A DNA stretch of 63,547 bases, the filler included, from Craspedostauros australis (lineage: Eukaryota), in assembly GCA_030167865.1 (NCBI GenBank). It is 13 parts of 13 records of this genome, joined end to end, with 100 filler letters (N's around TTAATTAATTAA, not from the genome) between each part and the next. Parts side by side here need not be neighbours in the genome. Positions count along the whole stretch, not along the records: positions 31,692 to 37,472 come from JALAGF010005656.1; positions 37,573 to 39,453 come from JALAGF010005658.1; positions 39,554 to 47,999 come from JALAGF010005660.1; 10 more parts are not named here. One strand, given 5' to 3'. Positions 34,338-46,893 of this stretch are shown piece after piece; positions within the stretch are counted from its first letter, which is position 1, and the number at the start of each line of letters is the position of its first letter. Made by a program: the position numbers and the translations under genes. Under the pieces are notes generated by a model, which made no database searches, was not told where the DNA came from, and was given only the letters and a program-made list of their open reading frames with translations.

Positions 34338-35310
34338 CTAGCCATCAGTGATACATCCAATGGTGCGCCCGGCAAGTGTTGGATTTCGCCTTTGGTGACT
34401 CGCGCAGCGTGCTGTTCTATGCACGACCGTATCATTCGCAGCACAGCCTGACTGGCTGGACAGCAAGGCATGGTCTTTGGCCAATACATTGCTGATGATC
34501 ATGCCGCTGAGCAGCAGATGATCCCGGTGAGTGAACAGCACGTTGGTGTACCATACAGCATCATTGGGCAGTGCGGCATGACGACGATGGTCTGGCCACC
34601 ACTGTTGTCGCCGAGATCGTCGTCGCCAATCAAATGCTTTCCGCGTTCGTTGGTTTCAATGATGTGGAAGGAGTTGTGCGGAAGGAATTGTGTGGAAAAG
34701 GAAGGTGGTATCCGCTGGCGTCATGCATGGATCGTTGTACTCCACTGCAACTGGACGGCGCAGGATGTATGTATCACGACTGTTGGCTTGTTGGTGTTGC
34801 TTCCGCCATGTTTGGATGGTATCACGCAAGGCACAAGCGAACGCCAGCTGCCACATGGGCCCCAATGCGGCCGGCAAGGATGGCGAGCCATAGGAAAGTT
34901 GCTGATGCCTTGGTAGATGATTTCTCCGACTAGTGGATCCGATGACACGGTGCCTCCATCTCATCGTTTGCAGTTGTGGCTGTGATGCATCGCTTTGAGC
35001 TTCAGCATGAGCCGGCGTTGGTGGTAATGGTGGGTGCAGTTGTAGCGTAATAGAAGGAGTATCTCCGAACAGCCGGTGGTCCAGGCCCCGAAGAAGCTGC
35101 TGCGTCCGATCTCATGAATGCACTCGTCCAGCAGGTATTGAATGTCAGTTGTTGATGGCACCGTTGTTGGTACTGCAATTGTTCATGTGATTGTTTACCT
35201 ATGCGATTGCCTTGATTTCTTCCTTTCTGATGTCGCCGATTGATGCGATACGTTTGCGATCGCTCCATGCGTCATCATCAACATCATCTCCATCTCCGTC
35301 TCTTGCCATG
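34338..35310 (-). pseudogene. SRR1-domain pseudogene
   Basis: PMWQLAFACAL..YNDPCMTPAD in one frame and NERGKH...IVVMPHCPMMLY in another; frameshifts and stops. Confidence 0.65.
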
Positions 35311-36151
35311 GTCGCCTTCATCCATCCTTTTCGGCATGTGGCGTTGTGCGTGGCTGGTTGTTTCACCCATGCATTGCTTTCCTGGTTATGTATGCGTACG
35401 ACTATGACACATTGGCTGACACCTCCATCAATGCACGTAGTTCTACGCAAGTACAACCATGATCTCTTACACAGAACGAGGATGTGTATTGCCATAGTTG
35501 TTGAGTAGTTGTTCTGTGTGACATCAACATCAACAGTTCGTTGTTTTCGGTGATGTGAAGAATTGTTGGCGCACTTCAATCGTCTGCCTGTCATCCGTGG
35601 TTGATCGTGTTTGGGGTAATACGATGCCAGTAGGAATGGTTTGGACTTGGTGACAGGTCCAAATAGAATCAATGTAAATGGTTTGTGGTGTGCGGATCTG
35701 TTGAAGTTGATGTCGATGTTGCCACTGTTTGTGTTGTGTTGCGTTCTGCCAGAGATGTGCATGTTTGTGATGGATCTTCATGTTGGCCATTTCCGTGTTT
35801 GGATTCCGATTTGTTCGCATACCTCTAGCTTGACTGTGTCTAGTGTGTTGTCAATGAAGGATGGTTCTCATTCCTTGTTCTTCCACACCCATCACACCCA
35901 CGTTCCGGGACACCCGGCAAGTGCATCGAATACTTCAGTTTACGACTAGTACGACTCGAAAGTGCTTTTTGTCATTTGTTGTGTTTCTTCGTTGTTTGTG
36001 AGATGTTGACAAAGCGAATGTCGCAGCGACGTCTTCGTTTGACTCATTGATATGAAAACTTTATCAGTCGGTGTTACTCGGACATATTCAGTCATTGCAT
36101 CCGTGTTGTTGAAGCGTCATCGAGTCCCGTCGAACCTGCTTCCTTTTGCAA

Positions 36152-36720
36152 AAAATGCATTTGGAGTGCATTTAATGCATTTGGGGTTCAAAAAATGCAT
36201 TTGAAGTGCATTAAATGCAATTGGAGTGCATTAAATGNNNNNNNNNNNNNNNNNNNNNNNNNNNNNNNNNNNNNNNNNNNNNNNNNNGGACACCCGGCAA
36301 GTGCATCGAATACTTCAGTTTACGACTAGTACGACTCGAAAGTGCTTTTTGTCATTTGTTGTGTTTCTTCGCTGTTTGTAAAATGTTAACAAAGCAAATG
36401 TCGCAGCGACGTCTTGGTTTGATTCATTGATATTAATGGTTTATCAGTCGGTGTTACTCGGACATATTCAGTCATTGCTTCCGTGTTGTTGAAGCGTCAT
36501 CGAGTCCCGTCGAACCTGCTTCCTTTTGCAAAAAATGCAATTGGAGTGCATTTAATGCATTTGGGGTTCAAAAAATGCATTTGAAGTGCATTAAATGCAA
36601 TTGGAGTGCATTAAATGCAAATGGAGTGCATTAAATGCACTTGAAGTGCATTAAATGCATTTGAAGTGCATTAAATGCAAATGGAGTGCAAAAAATGCAT
36701 TTGAAGTGCATTAAATGCAC
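36152..36720. repeat. 20-bp minisatellite AAATGCATTTG(A/G)AGTGCATT (two blocks; region duplicated across a gap)
   Basis: Directly visible tandem array. Confidence 0.9.
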
Positions 36721-36916
36721 TTCTTCGGTTTTGCTGTCCACAATTCGTGAATGGATCCTCCTGGCGTCAACTCGCCACATCCAACCGCTGGGCGCAAAAC
36801 TGGTGGTTGCATGAGCCAGACGTACTGTTTGCGAACGGAAGGTGGTCGTGGTGAGCAAGAACAATTCTCCTGCTGCCAATTCAGNNNNNNNNNNNNNNNN
36901 NNNNNNNNNNNNNNNN

Positions 36917-37230
36917 GTGTTTTCTGTAAGCCCCATGCTGGGTACCATCATGTTTTCCTGAAGATACATAATCGGACAACTCTACTTTCTTAGACGGTGA
37001 TGTAACGTGTTGTCGAATAGGGTTGGACATATTTAGCTAGCGTCTACGACACAAATACTGGCTGGCTTGTCCTCAACGCGGAAAAAGGCATGACGTCATT
37101 GACGGTCGATGACAGACCGAAATTGTAATCAATGGTGTGGATGGTGATGTTGTGACAGGTCCAGTGCCATGTNGGTTGCTCACGCTGTTNNTGATTTGGC
37201 TCCTTNGGGTGTTTCCTCCTGGCGGTGTTG
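36917..37230 (+). mobile_element. Possible very decayed Harbinger-like transposase N-terminus
   Basis: Fragments MLGTIM/FLKIH, SLTVD and GVFPPG across frameshifts resemble this family; weak. Confidence 0.3.
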
Positions 37231-40200
37231 TGTCAAGCAGCAAAGCATTGGTGGTGTCATCCCTACATGTCGGCCACACCAGCCACACGTGTGAATGGTA
37301 CACAACATAATATTATGTAATGACATGGAGGGCAGTGACTTATCCTTTGCTATGCACAACAAAATACAATACTAAATAATACTTGGCATAGTTTGTGAAT
37401 GTTCTACAAAGTCCTGCACAACCTGCTTTGTCCCCCTTGGACATGGGACGCCATGATCATCTGCTGAGCTGTNNNNNNNNNNNNNNNNNNNNNNNNNNNN
37501 NNNNNNNNNNNNNNNNTTAATTAATTAANNNNNNNNNNNNNNNNNNNNNNNNNNNNNNNNNNNNNNNNNNNNCGCAGGCACACAGTGCCTGTAGAAGCAT
37601 GATGGTCATGTTCCCACAGCACATGGCCGCAGAAAAGCATCAACGATTGCAGCAACGAGAGAGCAGGTTGGAGAGGTCCCAATTGCCCTGCTGGTTGTCC
37701 AAACCACATCATTCGTGCGACCACAAACAATGTTCTGTGAAGAACAATGGAACAAGAACCCGATGTCATTCTAACGCACTCGACGCCACCGCGAAGAACA
37801 TTATCGAAGTCGTCGATGTGAGTTAGGATTCGGGCGTAGTCGGCGCGAATCGGTGGAGGATGTCTCTTGAATCTGCCAGCTTCGGGATAGCCGTGTAATG
37901 CAGTTCAAGAGAGGTGTACTGATTAAAGAGTTGTTACTGTAACGATGAGTAGATGAGTGCTTTGTAGCTAATCCTTGTCTGTGTATATTATGAGTTAGCT
38001 TGTAGTGTTAGTAGGATGAAGAAACGATGCCACACAACTTGGCGAGTTCCTGCACTGATGTACTTGGTTCAGTGCTCAAGGGTAGATGATCATTACAGTG
38101 CTTTGCTCTCCGCACATGTAGATACGCTGTAGTGTAGGCCATGACGCATGTTAGTGACAGTCATGAAGCAGTGGCTGTGACTGGAGCTGATCCTCGGATT
38201 CCATTGCTCAAGTTGAAGCAAGTAGGATTCACACGTTGAGACTACGGCAATGATGCAGTAGTCGTCAGCATGGAGGGAATCGAGGTATGTTGTAGTAAAA
38301 GGATCTGAGGAGCATATAGTTCCCAAGGTGAGGTGTGAGTCAGGTCGGTCATGTTTGAGTCATGATGGATTCGTGAATGGAGGAGAGAAAGGAGGAGAGA
38401 AGATTTGGTGGTCGATCAAGTCGGAAGATTTCGCGCCAAAACAAGAATTTCTCCCATCGGGTTGATACCGTGTTCGGTAATAGTCTGTCCCTCATTGAAT
38501 CTCAACTATGTGCATGTATTCGTCTGAAACATGGTCAACTTCCGCAAACCCCAACGATCTGAACAACAAAACACACACAACGACATGACAATGGCATCCC
38601 ACAACAACACTCAGCAACGGCCGCTGAATGGGCCGCAACTATCACGCCTCCATGAAGACATCCAAGCACATCAGTGGATCCGCTGTGCTTCATATGGTTG
38701 ATGGGTGAGGCTTCAAATGTATACCCTGCCAATGGCGGGAGATATAGCGAAAAGAAACAGGAAGGTCGTTTGCACTCAACATGCCCTTTCAAGATACAGA
38801 GGCGGCATGATCGACACAGACCATTCCAGCCACCATTGATGCGCAAGATGCACGAAGTGGATCATATTGGAGGTACCCACGAAGTTTGGCGTCCATCCAG
38901 CAGCGGCAAGGTCGTCATCGACAAGCAGAAGTGGATAACAAGAGTTTTTGGAGGTGGTGACAGAGCCTGATGCCCTTCCTTTGGGCACCAGTGGCACGCC
39001 ACACATCCACCAAATGGACAACTCTCCCATGCAAGAAGCACTCAGAATCCCTTGGAGAGTCGATTGAGCAATGTGTGTGCGCTGGAAGCATTGCGACATG
39101 CGGTCGCTCTTGCCGCCAAAGACAGATGGTCAATTTTGGGACATTGAAAAACTCGAGGGTGACAAGTGCAGAACCAAGCTGCCTGTCATGGATATCCACT
39201 TGCGAGTGCTTTTGGATGCACCATTGTGTTGCCTGAAGCCTACTGGATCCGGAATGCTGTGTGGTGGTGGTGAACAAGGTCGGATGGATGAGATATCTTG
39301 GTTGCAGGAAGGCGGACTGGAGTTTGCGTCCATTTTTGGAAATCCTGAATTCCAGAAATCGCAACCTGGGGAGATGGATATGGACTTTCTGAGTCGAACA
39401 CGTGCCCAGACGATGGATATGGGAGTATACAGAGGCGATGGGGTGCTCAGATANNNNNNNNNNNNNNNNNNNNNNNNNNNNNNNNNNNNNNNNNNNNTTA
39501 ATTAATTAANNNNNNNNNNNNNNNNNNNNNNNNNNNNNNNNNNNNNNNNNNNNGAGTTAAAAGAGTCACTGTATTGCTTTGCTCGTTCGGATGCTCCGGA
39601 GGCGTTCCGACCCCAATTCCGTGATGCGATGCGATGCGATGCTGCTACCAAGTGCATGGACTTGCCAATCCCGAGAACGCGTAGCTGTTGGTCAATAGCG
39701 GAAACAAGAGCGAGGCATACATGCGTGGAACAAGAAGGCAAAGGCGATAACCCGATGCTCCCATCGTCATTCGCACAAGGGCAGCGACAGACATCCGCTC
39801 ACAGCTGTAAAACGACGACGTAGAGCGCGAGATCGTTTGAGCAACGTGTGCAACACGTGAACCGAAACACTGAAATGTTGCGACTCTGGCATCGTTTTCG
39901 CACCCCGTGCGATGCGTGATGCATGATGCGGTCAGCATCTTGCGACGCCACAGTGATGGATGATCAAAGCGTATGAAGCCGAAAGAGGATCGTCGTTTCG
40001 AAGTCGCGGCGGGAGCATGAGCACAAGCCTGGCGGCGCAGCGCTGGTGATGGTTTCGCCTTTTGGTTGCGGCGTGCGATTTTGTGACGACAACAAGTTGT
40101 GAATACAACCGTTATAAAACGTTATATTCAAATTATGGAATATCATCAATCGCGGTTTTTGTCTCTCGCTCTTCTTCCGCCCACCTCTTCAGTCTCTTCT

Positions 40201-40298
40201 TTCTTGACGGTATGTAGGGCACCATCCTAATTCTACAATTCTACATTTTCGAGTATGATGCTATACCGTATTATAAATCAGTGCCTTTTATTCATGCT

Positions 40299-43200
40299 CT
40301 AGAGGTGTGATACATCAGTAAGCACGGAAACCTCGTCGTCCTCGGCGTCACCAGTGTCGCCATCGTTCCGACGTTCCAATCCTGTGGGAGGCCTTGGTGA
40401 TATGTGCGTATCATCGCCGTGTGTCAATGCTTCAGTCGGGGCCGTGTGAACCGAGCTGCTGTGTGCTGATGCCATTGTCTTTTGGTTTGCGTAGATCAAG
40501 TTGTAGTGGCTGCGGTAATCAAACGTTGGGAGCACCTTGCCTGTGATGGTATTCCGGATGATGCCGGTGCCCGAGTTGATGACCACCATCTTGTTGCCCT
40601 GGTCGCCATTCTGCCTCACATATAGCTTCTCGTTGATGAACTCTCCTCTTTCTTGTTTCAGATGCTCCAGTTTGAGGACAGCACCCCACTGCCCGTAGTA
40701 CTCGTAGGAGCGAGTGAACATTTCAACGATGTCACTTTTCCTGCACAGCTTTGCGTTGGCCAGCATGTACTCACCTGCCAACTCACACGCCAACGCCGCG
40801 TCATGAACGTGTCCGCAGTCAATGGAAGACACGGCGGCATCCTCATACGCTTGCTTCACCTTGTTCAGTTGCTGTGCTGTCGATGATGCATTCGTGACTG
40901 AGAGCAGCTCCGCTCGAAGCAGCAACGAACGGTTGATGCTTGAAAGTCCCTTCTTGCGGCACATCGTTCTGATCATCTTCCTCATCTCGTTCAGCCGCTT
41001 CATGTACTTCTTCTGCCTTGTTTGACGGTACAGGGCAGCCGCTGTCAGTCCAGTGCACACGACGCGCTGAACCACCCTTGCGTAAGAGGTATCGCCAGCC
41101 ACAACCTTCTTGTGTCTCGTGATGATTGCTTCAGCAATGTCATACTTGTGGAACATGACGCAGAGCTGTAAAATTATGGTGAAAGCCATCTGAACTTCGA
41201 GACTACCGAGTGAGCTGATGTCGCCAGACTCGCCGAAATCTCTGAACTCTTCCCAATCCACGGCCTCACGACCCAACAGGACGGATGAAAATCGTATACC
41301 TTGCTTGACAAAGCCGGTGGCTGATGAGATCTTGTACAGTCGCATCTGATCGACGAGTTCGGTGTAGGAACGATAGATGTCTTGGAGCGGATAGCCTTCG
41401 GCCTGCGCAAGGAAGTTGCTTGTCTGCCAGCATGTCAGCGCATCGCTGAAGGTGCCGTGCTCCATGCTGGAGATGTAGCATGGGATGTAGCCATTTACGA
41501 GAGGTCCTATTGGCTCGCTCCATGGATGAATATAGAGTGCGCAGAGGATATGTGCAATCCCTCTGAGGGATGGACTCTTCGTCCTCTTCATGATCTTCAC
41601 TGAAAGCCTCCCGAACCGCAAGGCGCTTTGTTCGTCTCCCAGCTTTCCCATGAAGAGACCGTAGTTTGCGAATGCCAAGCCTACATCCTCTGTGATACCA
41701 TTCTTTTTCGACCAAAGCATGATGCTGAAGGTGGAAAGCAGGAAATGAACGGTATTTTGGCAGAAGAAGCTTCGGATGGATACCTCGCGGAGAAAGACGA
41801 GGGGGAGGATGTCGGTGGAGTTGGTCGCGAGGGGTTGGCACATGATCTCTTCATCCGATACTCGCTTCGCGTACCTGCGCACCATCATCATCTTCCTCAG
41901 GACGTGCAGCCCGTACGACCCTTTGGGGTAGCTGCGCAGCGACTGGGTCACCTTGCGTCCCAATCGGAGGCTTTCCTGGTGCCTGTCTTGAGCTCCCAGG
42001 GCTTGGATCATGGAGACGTAGGTCGGCAGCTTTTCATTGAGCGTCTTAGCGTGGTCCAACACAGCTTGGCTCAATTCGTATCCCAGCTCGTACCGACCCA
42101 GCGCCAACTCAATCCTCGCTCTGGATGTATGCAGCCGAAGGTTGAGCTTGTACTGACGATTCCAAGGTTCGCGGATCTTCCTCACGGCAGTAGATGCCGA
42201 TCTGTAGTACACCGAGGCCTGCGCCAGGGCCGCCATGGACAGAGCCAAGTCCCCGGCTTGCAGATTGAGCTTGGCGATGAAGAGATGATCCTTCGTCGGC
42301 ACACTGTTCAGGTGATCCGCGGCAACGTACAGCAGCGTCTGATCGATGACTTGGCCGCCCGCGCTTAGCAATGGGTATGCATTGCTGTTATCATCGTTGT
42401 ACTCGTCGTCTCCGAGTTCATTAGCGGCGGTCACATCATCAGTATCATCATCCTTATTGATAGTGGAGCGCGTCGATGGACGGCAGTACTCGAAGAGACA
42501 CTTGCCGATTCTTGATTTGAGCTTGCAGCGATCCTCCCCGAANNNNNNNNNNNNNNNNNNNNNNNNNNNNNNNNNNNNNNNNNNNNNNNNNNGGATGCGA
42601 TCGTGGGCGAAGCAGTACGTGCTGCCTCCGGTAAAATTGGTCAGGAATCCTTGCAGCACGGCCTCCTCCAGAAGATGCTCGAGCTTCTCCGCGGAGATGG
42701 TTGGCTCAGCTGTCGCGCACGCGTCGTCTCCGAGAGACATGAATGAAGCTGGTTGCGCATTGAGGACCATTCGGAGCGTGGATAGGTCGAATGTGGCGCG
42801 GATGTAAGCGGCACAGNNNNNNNNNNNNNNNNNNNNNNNNNNNNNNNNNNNNNNNNNNNNNNNNNNGAGCTGCGGGGAGAGCCGACTGAGCTTGTGAGAC
42901 ATGAGCTCGACGATGTTCCTTGCGAAAGGCAAGGCGTAGCTGTCGCTGCCTACGCTCCGGGCACTGCTGGCGCTGCTTCTAGAGGCGTTGCTTTGGGGCC
43001 AGTGCCATTCCCACTGGAAGGTGATGTGGCTGTACGCAAGAATGTTGGTTTCTTGCAGCTGCTCCACCAGCTGGAGGGTGAAGAAGATGTTTCCCTCCGC
43101 ACGTCCGTAGATCCTGGACGTGAACGGTTCCAGATCCTCGACGGTGCGGTTGAGGAGGATCGAGAGGCACTCCGCAATCTCATGCTTCGTGTGATGAGCC

Positions 43201-44555
43201 AGCACCAGGTCCGTCCATGGCGAGGACACTTGATGTTTGGAAGCAGACGTCTTGGTCGCGGATTCATGTTGAAGGTTGGAGCCTGCTGGCGTGCACAAAC
43301 TCTCAATCATCTTCCTGAGCGGGTTGTCGTCGTTGAGATCCAAGAGCTCACCTGGGCTGTGAGGATTGGTGTCCTGGCGAACGGCACCGATCATGAGGAA
43401 GTACTTCAAATTCTTGTCGCAGAGGAAGGTCGAGATGAGATCGATGCTGACTTGCGAAGACCATTGCAGGTCATCNAGGAAGAGGATGACCGGTCGCTGC
43501 TTCGTCGAGATGGCGTGGAGCAACGTTGTCAAGGTGTACCTTAGTTGATTCCACGCGACGTCGACCTTGGCCCCGAGCTGTTCCACTAGACGTTTCATCT
43601 GAGCGGAATCGGGAGCATCACTGGCGGACACCGATGCCACAGATTGCTGTTGTTTGATGTCATCAATCGGGGCACCTTTTGCTGAAGGTTGCGACGGGTG
43701 CTGCTGAGAAGCTGATTCGTCAGTGGCTGGGTTCAACTGGGATTGTGGCACGCTGCTGATCTTGGCGTTGCCGGAGGAAAGCAAGGTGTGAATAGCCGGG
43801 ACCAGCTTGCTGACGATGTTTGCTTTGGAACCGAGATGCTTGCGAATGCGGCGTCGGATCCGCTGTCGCTCTGCACTGGGGCTGTTCCCAACCTGCCGGC
43901 AGAAGTCGTTCAGGGCCTGGATGATGGCGGAGAAAGGGTCGCTGTCCTGGATGTGCTCATCGGTCTTGCCTTGGATGAAGTAAGGAAGCGATGGGATGTC
44001 TCCATTGTCTGCATTGTCTCCATTGTCTGCATCCTGTTGCAGATCCTTGACAAACTGGTTGATCATCTTCGTCTTTCCGGTTCCGCTGGCTCCTCGCACG
44101 AAGACCACAGGGGTGGAGCACGAAGCACCCTCATATGTATTCGTAGATTGGCCGGCGGTCGGAGATCCTGAATTGGGGTAGGCATCATTGTTGCTGTTGT
44201 TGTTGTTGTTGCTGCTATTGCCGTTCTCTGCCTCGTTACTCCGTTCCAGCATGCACTGATACGCATTGCGAAGCTTCTTGAGTTCAGCTTGACGTCCCAT
44301 CAACGGGATGTTGGAGAGGTTGAGTTTGGTCTCGAGCTTGGCGCTGAGTTCCTCCTCATTGTACCCATCATCGTAGAAGTCCTTGCCTGACGTAAACATC
44401 TTTGATATATCCGTTGTGTGTGATGCATTCCTAGTAATAGCAATAGGACTGGTGTCAGTGTCAGTGTCAGACCCTGTCTCTGCGAGGACTCGTCCATCTG
44501 CGACCGCAGTCATGGCTTTGTCCATGCTCATTGCAGTTGTCATCGTTTTGCTCAT
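40299..44555 (-). CDS. STAND-type (AAA_16-like) ATPase with helical/TPR-like C-terminus, 1418 aa
   Basis: LMGRQAEL; Walker A VFVRGASGTGKT; Walker B VILFxDDLQW; GNIFFTLQL; FAHDRI; LNLQAG..A. Open reading frame across two small gaps. Confidence 0.88.
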   Translation of the reverse strand: MSKTMTTAMSMDKAMTAVADGRVLAETGSDTDTDTSPIAITRNASHTTDISKMFTSGKDFYDDGYNEEELSAKLETKLNLSNIPLMGRQAELKKLRNAYQCMLERSNEAENGNSSNNNNNSNNDAYPNSGSPTAGQSTNTYEGASCSTPVVFVRGASGTGKTKMINQFVKDLQQDADNGDNADNGDIPSLPYFIQGKTDEHIQDSDPFSAIIQALNDFCRQVGNSPSAERQRIRRRIRKHLGSKANIVSKLVPAIHTLLSSGNAKISSVPQSQLNPATDESASQQHPSQPSAKGAPIDDIKQQQSVASVSASDAPDSAQMKRLVEQLGAKVDVAWNQLRYTLTTLLHAISTKQRPVILFXDDLQWSSQVSIDLISTFLCDKNLKYFLMIGAVRQDTNPHSPGELLDLNDDNPLRKMIESLCTPAGSNLQHESATKTSASKHQVSSPWTDLVLAHHTKHEIAECLSILLNRTVEDLEPFTSRIYGRAEGNIFFTLQLVEQLQETNILAYSHITFQWEWHWPQSNASRSSASSARSVGSDSYALPFARNIVELMSHKLSRLSPQLXXXXXXXXXXXXXXXXXCAAYIRATFDLSTLRMVLNAQPASFMSLGDDACATAEPTISAEKLEHLLEEAVLQGFLTNFTGGSTYCFAHDRIXXXXXXXXXXXXXXXXXFGEDRCKLKSRIGKCLFEYCRPSTRSTINKDDDTDDVTAANELGDDEYNDDNSNAYPLLSAGGQVIDQTLLYVAADHLNSVPTKDHLFIAKLNLQAGDLALSMAALAQASVYYRSASTAVRKIREPWNRQYKLNLRLHTSRARIELALGRYELGYELSQAVLDHAKTLNEKLPTYVSMIQALGAQDRHQESLRLGRKVTQSLRSYPKGSYGLHVLRKMMMVRRYAKRVSDEEIMCQPLATNSTDILPLVFLREVSIRSFFCQNTVHFLLSTFSIMLWSKKNGITEDVGLAFANYGLFMGKLGDEQSALRFGRLSVKIMKRTKSPSLRGIAHILCALYIHPWSEPIGPLVNGYIPCYISSMEHGTFSDALTCWQTSNFLAQAEGYPLQDIYRSYTELVDQMRLYKISSATGFVKQGIRFSSVLLGREAVDWEEFRDFGESGDISSLGSLEVQMAFTIILQLCVMFHKYDIAEAIITRHKKVVAGDTSYARVVQRVVCTGLTAAALYRQTRQKKYMKRLNEMRKMIRTMCRKKGLSSINRSLLLRAELLSVTNASSTAQQLNKVKQAYEDAAVSSIDCGHVHDAALACELAGEYMLANAKLCRKSDIVEMFTRSYEYYGQWGAVLKLEHLKQERGEFINEKLYVRQNGDQGNKMVVINSGTGIIRNTITGKVLPTFDYRSHYNLIYANQKTMASAHSSSVHTAPTEALTHGDDTHISPRPPTGLERRNDGDTGDAEDDEVSVLTDVSHL

Positions 44556-46019
44556 TGGTACTCTAATATTATGTGATGTAATGTTCTGTAAAATTATATT
44601 ATGGTCTTGCCTCGGATGTCAGCGATTGTGCATTTACTGAGGGATGCCGTCGTTCTTGGTGCTGCTGATCTTTTTGTGTTGATTGGGTCAGCCTTGGTTG
44701 TGGCTTGCTTTTGGAAGTGGTGGCGTGCCAACACGAGCGTTGGTGTTGGCATTTGAGGAGAGTGTTGGTGACCATTTTGCGGCGCTGGCGCAACCAACTC
44801 TGCCTGGGCGCGGCTCCTCCTCGCGTTCCCATGAGTACTTGTTGGCCACATCCGAACACACTCGTGCAAGTACTTGTACTCGTGCTACTACTCGTAGCCG
44901 GACAACTATCTGCGCTACTACTATGTTCGTGCCAAGCCATGCTTACGGGTATATACGATGAATCACGCACAAGGAAGTGCAACGCGGAGGGGCGGCTCAC
45001 GCGAGGCACAGCGCATGCCAAAATGGCTCCCCCAAAGGAAGGCACAGCGTCACCTACTTCTCTCCCTGGGTACTTCCGAGATGTTTGCGTTCCCCCTGGA
45101 GATGTTTGCGTTCCCGCAGTGTTGGATCGGGCATCTGCTCATGCATTCACTCTTGATCGACCATGATTTGCTTTGGTGCCAAAGAGAGAGAGAGAGAGAG
45201 AGAGAGCGAAGGTCGTGGTTCGTTTTCGTCCTGGTCATCATCCATCTCTGTGTAACCTCTGTGATTGTTCCGCACCCAACCAACAAATCTTGTGCCATCT
45301 CAAACTGTCATTGTCTCGTCGTCTTTTTGCCCGTCGTTGTGACCCTTGGCTAGAACAGCAAAAAAGACAGGGAATAGCAAGACCCTAAAAGTACCTATCT
45401 CCAGACCGACTGCTACGTGCAGAACAGTTTGGAATACGAGCGAATAAATCTTGAAGATGTTTGCGAAGTGAAGGCACTCTTTTTGCCTTCAAGCGCGCCT
45501 CTGCACTGCGTTCACCATGGTTCTACTTGCGCAGCAAGACTCCTCATGACTATGTCATGTGTGACCATCAGGGCTACAGGAGCGCAAGCCCTTCCAGAGT
45601 TCTTGGGAGCGAAGTGCCCGTTTCCTTGCGATCGCGCAAACGGTAACGAGACACAGTCGCCGGTTATTGTCTTGATGAACAGCTGCGAGTTCGCGTTTGT
45701 TTTGTTGGCGCACGTTTTGTTGGCGCGCGTTTCGTTTGCTCAACATGCAAACAAGAGAGAGAGAGAGAAATCAATCCAAGCCATGGTCGATGTTGTTGAA
45801 AATGACGCCATGGTCATGAAGCAATCCGAAACTTCATTTCTCTGGCGGCGTCTTTTCTTGTCCAGTGGATGGACTGCTGCATCCAGAGGTCGCACACACC
45901 TGTTCCTGGACGAATTCGCCCATGACACAAAGCGGATCGCTGTGCGGCATTCGAAGATCGCAGCAAGGGTCCTCGTCCCGTTTTCTGTCCAAGTGTCATG
46001 TGTACTCGTACCCGCACGA

Positions 46020-46190
46020 TACGACCTGCAGATCACATTTGACGCACCAACGACAACACAAGTTGTCGGGTTTTGGCCCCTTTTTCGCACTGGCTTGCTT
46101 GCTTTTGGGAGAAGCGGCGATTTCATATTCAGAGCGATTTAGCGTTGTCTCTCTCCGATCCGTCTTCTACGTCACAGGGAACGGATTGTA
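46020..46190. repeat. Dispersed repeat, second diverged copy at ~60507-60672
   Basis: Shared GTTTTGGCCCCTT..CACTGG.TTGCTTGCTTTTGGGAGAA.CGGCGATT..GATCCGTCTTCTACGTCACAGGG.ACGGATT on two scaffolds. Confidence 0.8.
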
Positions 46191-46823
46191 ATGCAAAACC
46201 ATTCACAACAGCGAGTGAAATTGTGTCGCAACACGTGACTCTTGCTCCACAACACAACGTGATGGCTGTGCGGCACGCACCAGTAGCGCCACAACACAAC
46301 GTGACAGCTCCGCGCCACAACACACCAATCGCGTGACAACGCACACCAATTTATAGAGCCCAAACATACTGGTTTTCACTTGTTAGCTGTTGTTGGCTGT
46401 GGGAGCTTGATTGCAAGTGGTCCAGATGGGAGTCTTCTGTTCCACAAGTAGTCAACTGAGAATACTGGTAGATGGTGAAGAAACATGCAGATTATGAGTG
46501 TTATTGCCATGCTTCCTTTCTTGGGCAGGATCTGTTGGAAATCCAGGGTTATACTTAGTACTAGAATCTAATCTGCTGTTAGAAACTGTACCATTTTAGA
46601 ACTGTGAGCTCAATCTCATGTTCTCTTCCAAATTCATTTTCATAGCAGGCATTTGTTGCGGTGGCATCATGGGGTATCATGATGTTCCTCAGGTACTTCC
46701 CTCTTCATTCATCATGCCTTGCTTGTGAATCTTTGTTTGTTTTCCTCTGCGTCCTCGTCTTGGCATCTCATCGTTTGTGAAAGAGCACTATCAAAAAATC
46801 ACGAGGGGAGAGCAAAAGCAAAT

Positions 46824-46893
46824 TACCATGCCGTGATTCGAACCCGGAACCTCAGTGAGAAATACTGATGCTCTACTGTTGAGCTACAGGCGT
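46824..46893 (-). pseudogene. tRNA pseudogene or tRNA-derived SINE head
   Basis: D-arm GCTC-AACAGTA-GAGC, anticodon stem TCAGT/ACTGA and B-box GGTTCGAATC are present; the acceptor stem is broken and the anticodon loop is non-canonical. Confidence 0.6.
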
